A stretch of DNA of 64,000 nt from assembly GCA_010909165.1 (NCBI GenBank), contig VJWM01000192.1:62001-126000 (forward strand), read 5' to 3'. Shown in pieces: positions 1 through 9,235 of this stretch (its first letter is position 1; every line of letters starts with the position of its first letter). Below the pieces are notes generated by a model. The model had not been told where the DNA came from and did not search any database. It saw nothing but the letters and a program-made list of their open reading frames with translations. Origin of the DNA: Anthoceros angustus (taxonomy: Eukaryota; Plantae; Anthocerotophyta). A program made the position numbers and the translations under genes.

Positions 1-1050
1 TCTTGAGTAAACTCTCTTTGCTTCAACAGCTGCTTGCCAACTTTGAACGAGTGATCCCCACCTTCGATGACGAAGACCTCGTTCAGACCCGTCATGCACT
101 CCCGGACATGGTCAAGCTTGTCCAGAGGACACATGGAGTCCTTGCTTCCCTGGATGAACAGGACCGGAAGTGAAAGATCCAGCAATGTCGAATCCCGGAG
201 AGCTCCATTCACACCCTGCCAACTCCCCGACCTATCAGCCTTCTGCAAAACTTTCGTGCTGCTTGCAAGCAAGAAGCGTAGCACTGTGCGCAAGCAAAGC
301 CAGAACAACCTTCAAGGGATAACCCAGACACACAACAGCAGCGGCACCACCCTCCTCTTTCGCCGCAACCATGCAACTCACCCTGTCGTCAACCCAGATC
401 TGCAGCTGAGAATTGTGAATCAAGGAGGAGAGGTGCAGAGAGGCACACTATGAAACAAGAGCACAGAACCTGGAGCCCATGGACTTTCCAACCAGCACCA
501 CGGGATGCCCAGGATGCCTAGAAGCAGCCTTCTTTACTTGAGCAAGGTGGAAATCCACCAGCTTTTCAGCTTTGGGCGGAGCCCCACGCTTACCTCCAGC
601 CAGATCTGCCACAGATCCCCGTTGTGAGTCACCTCATCCCCCAGCCCTGCCCTGGCGCATGACTTCACATCTGCAGATTGCGCTTACATGGGTAATCGAA
701 GGTAACAACCTCCACCGCGTTGGTTGCAGATTTCAGCAGCTCCGTCCACCTGCTTGCAATCAAACATCAGGCACCCGCAGAAAAACATCCCACCGCCCAT
801 CAAGTCCTGACACTTACCTGATCATCCAGTCCGAGGAAGAGGAGGCCCCAGCCCCATGTGCGAAAACCAGCAACGGTCTTGCATCAGCATCAGCATCAGC
901 ATCAGCATCACCGACCCTGACCTGATCACTTCCCGCCCCATCAGAGCAAACCTTGCTGCCCCCGGGCTGTAACTCATCATCGTGCTCAGAGCTGAGACGT
1001 GTGCGCTTCTCGGTCACGGCAACTGCACCCCTTTTTCTTTTAGGAGGCAT
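1..1050 (-). CDS. Alpha/beta hydrolase (KANSL3/TEX30-like), multi-exon, 3' end beyond window start
   Basis: Spliced exons read LLVFAHGAGASSSSDWM / WTELLKSATNAVEVVTFDYP / YLAGGKRGAPPKAEKL...VLVGKSMGSR / VVCLGYPLK / LFIQGSKDSMCP...IEGGDHSF, giving a GxSxG nucleophile elbow plus Asp and His. GT-AG introns. ATG at 1050. Confidence 0.8.
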
Positions 1051-2295
1051 CACTGGAAAGTCCGAAATGCCCCACGACTAACGCGAGCTCTGACCACCAG
1101 ACGAAAGTAAGGACTCAGAGGTCGCGCTGCTGGAGAGCAGGTTGAGTTAGATTGCTGCGGCACGTAACCGAGAAGCTGCTGTGATCACAGCTGCAGATTT
1201 GGGCAAGTCCCTTGCAAGGTGTCAAGAGGAGAGCTTGTTAGAGTCGGTAAGCTTGTGATTGTTCGTTTTTTTGTTTCCTTGCAGTTGTTGTTGGTTTCAC
1301 CTGGTGAGAGGAGAGGGCGGCAGTGGCAGGCAATGAGAGGTCTGTCAGACAAGAGGACTCGGATGGGAATCCTGGCAGCGGGTTTACCATATTTTATTGA
1401 CCCACCAAGTTGGATGTGTTGCTGGTGAGGTGGTGGGAGGATGTGCTGGCCAGCGGCCAGTGCTATCCACAAGTGTTCCGTCCCACGTGGGACGATGCTA
1501 CTGTAACGCAACATTCCAGGCCAGGCCGCTTTGGGCCGTGCATGTTGCCATTTGATGAGATATGTCATGGGTGGCAACTTGGTGCTGACACGCTTTTCGC
1601 TGTGACCGCAATGGGCCTGCCGCCTGGGCCATGGACCGTCCCACTTCCACACGCCTAATTTGTCCTTGACTCCCTTCTTGTGCGGAATGTATGATGCGGC
1701 TTCCAGCTTGTGGCCAATGGCCTCTGGCCACAGGCTACGTGAACCTATTCCCGAACCTTTCGAGAGGTGGGTCACCGGACTGCCCGCCAATCTCCGGCCA
1801 AGAGTCGCAATTCCTGTTTCACAAACATGAGGCGAGCCTCTCATGCTCTTGCACTGCTGCTTCACATACTGCTGAGTTCATACGAGGTGAGGTGAGGTGA
1901 AGCGTGCCTCCTCCTGCCTTGAGGCGGCGGCCGTCCAGGGGAGGGTGAATCTGTCGACAAGTCTTGCTGCTGTACCGTGCTGTGCTGTGTGGGGTTATAT
2001 GGAGCCCGGTAGATGAAGATCCGCTTACGAAAACATGGTCGGCAGTATGGGTTTATGACCCGGGCTCAGCAGGTGGCGGGTGAGCGGGCTCCTTGGTTCT
2101 TGGTGAGCGCCTGTTTCCCTGGCAGGATTTCCGATGAGGCGGGTGGTCGAAGGATGTGGGCTGCGGATTTGTGGGTTTTCTGGGGTTTTTTCGGATGAGG
2201 GGGCTTCTGTGGAGAGCGGGGTCGGGGTAGTGAGTGCAATGCAATGCAGGATATCTCTCTCCCCCTGACTATGTGGCGAATCGCCGGATGAATGC

Positions 2296-3624
2296 ATGGA
2301 TGGCTGGTTCGAGATTGTGGGTCTTGTTGGGTTTTTCTCGAGGGTTTGGGGGTTGATTTCTGTGCAGATCAGAGTCTGGGTAGTGCAATGCAGGATCTCT
2401 GCTGATAGTTGGTGGAATGTTGTGGAGGAGCAGGTGCTTCCAGGAGTGTTGTTGCTGTGGGCGGCGCTGAGGATGTGTCAAGTAGTTTTGATGGATGCCA
2501 AGACGAGCTGCAGTGTGGGCAGCAGCACGGAAGAGAGTGATGAGATGCCGCAGGAAATATGGTGCGGGCTGCCTCAAGAAGTGTTGGAGAGGATTCTGCT
2601 GTTTCTGCCGGTATCAAGCCTGTGCCGATTCTGTGCAGTAAGCAAGAGGTGGAAGTCTCTAATTTCATGCTTGGATTTCGTGCAAGGGCGTGAACGGGTG
2701 AATTCATCCAAGCCTTGCTTCATGTTCGCAGGGTTTATGAGAACCAAGATGTTGACCATGGTTGATAGCAGCCTGCAGGGCTTTAGCTATGAGTGGCATC
2801 CTCAGCCCAAATTGAATTTTCTGCCCTGGCCTGTGTTCTTGGTTTCTTCCTCTGAGGGGTTGCTTTTGTGTCAGAGCCGGCAGCATGATCATCTAGTCTG
2901 CAATCCTGTCACACGTACCTGGAGGGCCTTACCTCCTGTACCTGATTTCGGCAAGCCTGGGTTTCCAGCACGCTCATGCTTGATTACAGATGTTCAGACC
3001 AGAGCTTTCAAGCTGATTCTGGCAAGGATCTTTCGAAGGGGACGCTGGTCATTTCTGCAGGTTTATGACTCCAAGCTGGATAGCTGGGACAAACCCATCC
3101 GACCACCTCCAGAATTCAAGTTCTCAGCTGTGGCTGGCAGTGTTCCTATCTACTACAATGGGCTGCTCTACATTTCGGGTCGCGTCCTGAACCACCTGTC
3201 ATCAGAAGTGGTTCTCACCTACAGTATCGAGGAAGGAGTATGGAGCAGACTGCAAGCCCACAACTTGCCAGGTACGCAGATCGGGGGCTTTGTCGTCTGC
3301 GCCGGCAAGCTGCTCATGCTCAGATATGATGCTGACAAACACAGCATGCGCATATGGGAGCTTCATCAAGCACGAAGAATGTGGATAACAGTCGTAAATG
3401 TACCGTCTGATCTCCTGAACGAGCTCAACATCAAGGACCCAACTCAAGAAATGCGGTTTTCTGGCTTGGGTGATCTTGTCTACTTCACATCCAATCAGGT
3501 TTTTAAAGTGCTCGTCTGCGATTACTCCAGAAGACTCTGGTTTTGGCTGACTTTGTCAGCACCATTTGGTCACCTCATGTTTCCTGTCCTGCCGTTCACC
3601 TCAAGTTTGGATCCTCGGCTCTGA
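2296..3624 (+). CDS. F-box protein with beta-propeller-like (FBA/kelch-type) C-terminal region, intronless; true start probably a downstream Met (about 2491 or 2545)
   Basis: F-box motif LPQEVLERILLFLPVSSLCRFCAVSKRWKSLI, followed by typical plant F-box motifs SSSEGLLLC and LVCNPVTRTWRALPP. Confidence 0.85.
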   Translation: MDGWFEIVGLVGFFSRVWGLISVQIRVWVVQCRISADSWWNVVEEQVLPGVLLLWAALRMCQVVLMDAKTSCSVGSSTEESDEMPQEIWCGLPQEVLERILLFLPVSSLCRFCAVSKRWKSLISCLDFVQGRERVNSSKPCFMFAGFMRTKMLTMVDSSLQGFSYEWHPQPKLNFLPWPVFLVSSSEGLLLCQSRQHDHLVCNPVTRTWRALPPVPDFGKPGFPARSCLITDVQTRAFKLILARIFRRGRWSFLQVYDSKLDSWDKPIRPPPEFKFSAVAGSVPIYYNGLLYISGRVLNHLSSEVVLTYSIEEGVWSRLQAHNLPGTQIGGFVVCAGKLLMLRYDADKHSMRIWELHQARRMWITVVNVPSDLLNELNIKDPTQEMRFSGLGDLVYFTSNQVFKVLVCDYSRRLWFWLTLSAPFGHLMFPVLPFTSSLDPRL

Positions 3625-4325
3625 CCGCCGGAGCGCGTGCTAGAACATGAACCCATCTCTGTCCAACAGATTTTTCAGTTACTGTGTTTGACGGTGCTCA
3701 GAGTGTGTTGCTATTGTGACACTGTGTTCATTGGCAGTTTTTTCACAGTAGCTTTGAGATTTGTTTTTTTAGCGGTGGCAAATGTTATGAAGCATTTGTT
3801 CTACTTAACTGTTTGTTTCTATTCATGCTCATCTCCACTGTTGAATACAGTTTCTGACTGTTGGTCAGTTGTATTGCACCATAGCAGCACATCTTCGTTT
3901 CCCTCTAGTTCATGCTCAAATGAACTTTGTTTCCTGTCGGAGAAAGGCCTGCAAATTACGACAAGTATTGCTTCTTTTCTTATTTGGCAAGTAGCGTCAT
4001 TTCAGAACAAGGATTAATAGTTCTTCAGGAAAATTTGCTTCAAAAAAGCTTGACAGTATCTACTTACAGCATGGTAGTAGCTCCCTTCATGCATGGAAGC
4101 CACTAGTACATCTACTTTGTACATCTACAGGCATACAAAACGCAGAAAACTCCGAGCAACAGAAGTTTCATGACGAGGTTTTTCTATGACTAATTCCCGG
4201 CCAGCTAACATCGAATCATATCCAATCGCTTCTCACCGCAAGTGTGACAGACGCGAATCCTCAACGCAAACGCCCACATATTGACGACAGAACAGGATGC
4301 AATTGTTCAAATGCCCACTGGTCAT

Positions 4326-7300
4326 TCATCTTGCGAACGTCTCCGTATCATCTGTAGACGACAAGAAACAACTTGTCAGCATGAAGTTCTGCAACTGACA
4401 GCACAGCATTCAACATTATCCACATATTGAGTATTGCATTGCCATGACCAGACACATAAAGCAACCACCGACAAGGCCAGAGAAAGAAAGTATACCTGCG
4501 ACGTTTTGACCTTCACCAATCTGTTTCAGCCCTTCAACGACCTCGCTGGTGGGTGCATCCTGCTCTTCAGCTCCAGAAGCAGGCTTCTTCCTAAACAGTG
4601 AGCTCACACTCTCAGAGACCCGACCCACAATACCTTTGCTGTCTGGGTCAGAGGCGCTGGCAGGGCTGCGTGGTGAGGAACCACCCAAGCTCAACCCTCC
4701 CAGAGTGTCGGTGATCTTCTGGGACAATGCCTTGTCATGCTCGTCAGGATGGAACCTGTCTGCAGCAGCATCCTTGGTGGAAACAACATACCCCTTGGCT
4801 TGCCCAACACCTTGACTCACCTTCTGTGTGAAGGGCACGGCATCACCACCAACCTCAGTGCCGGTGCCAGTGCCTGGCAGTGAGTCACCTAGTGAGGTTG
4901 GCAGTTCAGACTCTTCAGTCACAGGCTTCGGGGAAGATGAGTAGCCCAGTTTCGATGCAATCGCGTCCTTGGCAGCATATGCAGATTCCTGCACCCTCTG
5001 TGTCACAGGCTTCTGCTCTGCAGTGGCAGTCGTAGTAGCACTAGTGTCCTGGACACCGGCCCCGTACCCTATCTTGCCTGTCACCGCACCCAGTGTCTCC
5101 TTGGCCTTCTCAGTCCATGTTTTACCAGCCTCGGTTGCTGAGCCTGTGGACTCTCTGGCTGCTTCGGAGGACTCAGTTGTAGCGTCCGCGGCCTTCTCCT
5201 TCGTTCCATACAGAGCTCCAACGGCAACCTCCTTGGCGTAGTTCAGCCCTTCCTTCGCACGCTCGATGTACGGCTTCTGCTCCTCACCAGAAGCAGCAGT
5301 CAATTCAGTGGTGCCATACTCGTTTTCTGTACCAGTATTTGCTGTAACTGCTCCCAGAACCTTGTCCCTGGCATTGTAAATCCCCTCACTGGCACGTTCG
5401 GTGAAAGGCTTCTGCTCCTCAGCAGCAGGAGTATTTCCGGACAGAGCTCCTACCACGCTGTCCTTGGCATTGTAGGTGCCTTCTGTGGCACGCTCTGTAA
5501 AAGGCTTCTGCTCCTCAGCAGCAGTAGTATCTCCGGACACAGCTCCTACCGCCCTGTCCTTGGCATTGTAGATGCCTTCTGTGACACGCTCTGCAAAAGG
5601 CTTCTGCTCCTCAGCAGCAGAAGTATCTCCGGACACAGCTCCTACCACCCTGTCCTTCGCGTTGTAGATGCCTTCAGTGGCACGCTCTGTAAAAGGCTTC
5701 TGCTCATCAACTCCAGCCTCTGTAAAGGGCTTCTGTTCATCAACTCCAGACTCCGCTCCCGTGCTGCCCGCCACAACACCCACCAGCCTGTCCTTCGCAT
5801 TGTAGATGCCTTCGGTTGCACGCTCTGTCAATGGCTTCTCCTTCTCCTGGTACTCCACCTCTCCAATGTGGTGCTTCGCTGTCTCCGCCGACCCTGCTGC
5901 AGCAGCTGCCTCCTTCAGACGTTCGGAGAAAGGAAGATCATCCTTTTCAGCCGCTGCGATCCCCTTGAATTCCTGCAGCAGACACGAAGACGTATGTCTA
6001 TGTCATCACACCATCATGAAAAGCACCATGGCCGAAGGAACCTCACAATTGTCATATAGACTCACATGCTGGTCACTGCTGAACGGTCCCTGGACGGCAG
6101 AATCGTGGAGCAGCGTATGAGGGACCTGCTCTCCACTCAACCCACCGAGATCACGAGAAATTCCAGCTGACTCCTGACCTGCAAAATCGATCCAAACACA
6201 ACAGTCAGTAACATTTCATTCTCCTTTCCTACCCCACACTACTCAGTAATTCCCCACTCCCGAATCCCACACCTTCAACTGAAGGCCCAGTCTCCTGCCT
6301 ACTCCGGGTGTCCTCCTCGGAGGGAAGGGACGCAGCACCATAGAAATACTGCGTGGGAACAGCCTGCAAAGTGTCCTCCGGGCCGTCGTTTCTAAACGGA
6401 CTGATAAACTTACTACCATCACCATCTCCCTGGACCGAGGACTCAGACACCTGCCATGCCCTATCACCCACTGCAGGAGCGGCAGGATCTGGCACCCCAC
6501 GCTCGGAGCTAATACCTTCCTGCCCAGACACAGCCCTGGGGAACGAATCCCCCCCGTGCACCGCAGGGGCTGTAGCATCGGACTGCAAGCCTACATCCAA
6601 CAGCATGAAAACATGCCCCCTCGATTAGACTCACATCCGATGCTCCACACATCCACACATCACTGCACCCGGCTTCCCGACCCCACTTCCCCACCCATCT
6701 CCACTCTACACTCCACTCAAAACCGCTTCCACCCATCCAGCAACCTCCAGAATTCAGCTTCAAATTTAAAACCGGCCGCTACCTGCAGGATTCGAGGTGA
6801 CGCTGAACTGCTCAGCCAAAGGGTCCCCGTGTTGCTTGGGCAGCTGGGCGTACTCTCCCTGCAGAACCCACAACCCAAATGACATAAATCTCTCTGCCCG
6901 TTCCAGCCACCACTTCATCCACACGTCCAGCCCACAAACCCACCTGCGAGGCAGCCTCGCTCTCGTCTTCACTGGACGACGCAGAGCTGGACACATTCTC
7001 CAACCCGCGGTCAGTGGTACCGCCAGTGCTGTCCTTGTCGGAGGTCCGGGTGTGGAGCTCCTTCTTCACCTTGGTCTTGAGCTTGGAAGTCTTGTCCTTG
7101 ATCTTCGACATGAAGGACGACGACTTCTTCCCACTGGGGCTCTGCACCTCCGGCGCGCCGGTGTCCAGCTTCTGCTGCGACTCTGCAGACGTCAAACCCG
7201 TCGCTCGCTCAGCTGATTCAACAGCGCCCACAACCAACATTCACTCAAATTCTCCAACCCACCACCCGCATTGCACCACCCTTCCACGAATTCCACCACC

Positions 7301-7411
7301 CACAACCCCAATCCTACCGGGAGTGAGCTGAACGGAGTCGGAGTCATCGTAGGCCCGGGCGACGCCTTCCGGAGCCTGGGGAGCCGGGAATCCTGCTTGG
7401 TACTGCGCCAT
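4326..7411 (-). CDS. LTI65/RD29/CAP160-like hydrophilic stress protein, multi-exon (about 7 exons inferred)
   Basis: Exon motifs SFMSKIKDKTSKLKTKVKKEL, KDAAADRFHPDEHDKALSQKITDTL and GIVGRVSESVSSLF resemble conserved LTI65/CAP160 blocks. GT-AG boundaries link the ORF pieces at 7411, 7240, 6870, 6630, 6180 and 5975. The last mini-exon 4351-4326 is inferred. Confidence 0.68.
5230..5835 (-). repeat. 96-bp (32-aa) coding tandem repeat EEQKPFTERATEGIYNAKDRAVGAVSGDTTAA, about 6 copies
   Basis: ggcttctgctcctcagcagc recurs at 5407, 5503 and 5599 (96-bp period); translation in the ORF track. Confidence 0.9.
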
Positions 7412-7633
7412 CGTCGAGTCGTCGAGTCGTGAGAGGAAACACCAAATCACGAAGAGTGGCTTGCTCGCAAATGCTGATGCGGATGATTTATCAACCCGAG
7501 ACAGCAGCGCAGAGCAGCAGGACGAGGAGAATGTTGGGAGAAACAGAATCGGGGTCGCAGCAGCCGGATCGCGAGAGCGTGTGTCGAAAGGTGAAACGAG
7601 GGAAGGCGAGGCGGGCATAAGAAGGAGATCGAG

Positions 7634-7726
7634 ATTGCCACGCGGCGCTCAGCAAGTGTGCGCGTGGCACCTGCTACGTGCCGCGCTCCTGTGACCGACA
7701 CCAGGCTGGCAGCGGACTTACGTGGC
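7634..7726 (-). promoter_or_regulatory. ABRE/CE3/DRE-like cis-element cluster upstream of the LTI65-like gene
   Basis: gccacgcg (about 7637), cgcgtggc (7661), acgtg (7676), accgac DRE/CRT core (7694) and acgtggc (7720), all within about 90 bp and 230-315 bp upstream of the ATG. Confidence 0.55.
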
Positions 7727-8015
7727 CGCCATCCACCCCCTTTGCAGATGTCTTCCACAATGACACCTTCTTTATCTCGCCTATATGCTTTTATCCCTAG
7801 TTTTGTGGCATTTCAAATTTGCTTGCAATCACATTAGTCACACTTATATGAATTAGTCTGACTCCGAGGACTCGGGCAATGGAATGGAATGGAATGGCGG
7901 CCAAGAGGTGTATAAACCTCGGAAGAAGAAGTTGAAGAAGAATTTTATTTTAAGTCCACTAAGGACGGGTTTCTGTCATGGGACTTGGTACTTAACAACT
8001 TGTACCATGGTGTGC

Positions 8016-8144
8016 CTAAGCTACTTGCACCAAGGCATCCACTCCCTTTAGGCACCCCATCTAAGTACCGATCCAAGCTTAAGCTACTTGCACCCAGGGC
8101 ATCCACTCCCTGTAGGCACCCAATCTAAGTACCGATCCAAGCTT
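8016..8144. repeat. Direct tandem duplication, about 63-bp unit x2
   Basis: taagctacttgcacc...ggcatccactccc...taggcacc...atctaagtaccgatccaagctta occurs twice in succession. Confidence 0.85.
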
Positions 8145-8275
8145 AGGATGCTTAATCACGGTGTTCTTATAAATGTGTGTCCATTTGGCCTAGGCCATTT
8201 GGACACACATAAGCCAGGAGTCCACGGGTATGTTTTAGGTAGCTAGAAGCAAAAGCGCTCGATTCGCTGTCAAAC

Positions 8276-8345
8276 GTGCCCGAGATGGTCTACGGTGCTC
8301 ATCAAAGTGATGGAGTTGGGGGGCCATGGGTTCGAGCCCCGTGAT
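8276..8345 (+). pseudogene. tRNA-derived sequence (Pol III A/B boxes; tRNA pseudogene or SINE head)
   Basis: gcccgagatggtctacggtgct resembles a Leu/Ser tRNA D-arm A box; gggttcgagccc is a B box about 45 nt downstream. No clean cloverleaf. Confidence 0.45.
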
Positions 8346-9235
8346 TGACATACGTATGCCTTAAACGCCAAGGCCAATTCTGAAATCATAATCACTATAA
8401 CTACATATTGTATTAAACGACTCCTCCCCCTGTGATATGGCGTACAGATCTTGTCACAAGAATCTTGTTTTTCTTGTGCCAAGCTAGCACGCCGCCTGCT
8501 TTGCAAGGTTTCTTTCGTAGGCACCTGCAATGTGGCAGCTCTGCATCTGAGAGGGCATCTACATTCCTAAAATCAATAGCTAATATTCTTGCCGCATGCG
8601 GTTACGAGAACTTGCACCAAGTTGAATCTCCAGCTTGGATGCACCGAGCCAGGTGGCGCGCCAGCTATGCACAAAAGAAAAACAAGGTCACAAAAAGTTT
8701 TCCCAAAACTTCTTTTGATGAGATCGGTATGCCATATATGATGGAGATGAAATGCATGACATTTTTTCATTCAACTTTTATATATTTTCTCTTTTAATAA
8801 ATATAGGTAGATTTTTAATTTGATATTTTGAAAATAAATTAAAGAAAACATGGGACAGAAATCGTCAAGAAGAGTTCTAATTTCCCATATTACACATCCA
8901 TTAATTACTTCAGAAAGAAAGGATGCTCTTCCCAAGGTCATATGAATACGTGCCTAGATACCATGGCAGGTTATGTGGGACTTGAGAAGACCCACTGTAA
9001 ACTCCCCACGCATACCTCTGCCCAAAAAACGTAAGGGCTGCCATACAATACTGCGTCGGCTCCAAAATGTATAGGTAGATGGATAAAAATATTATTATTA
9101 TTGTACACATCAGTAGGACGTGAAGAAAGTTGGATCTGAAACATGAAGTAAGGTCCATATGTGTCGGGGTTCGAAAGGGGAGGGAGCGTGCCATGAATTG
9201 CTCCGACTCATCATTCCGGTAGCAGTGCCCGCAAG

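Noticed and set aside
1185-1900. 226-aa minus-strand ORF and overlapping short ORFs between the hydrolase and F-box genes
   Set aside because: No recognisable domain, non-ATG starts and ORFs in several frames; cannot be supported as a gene.
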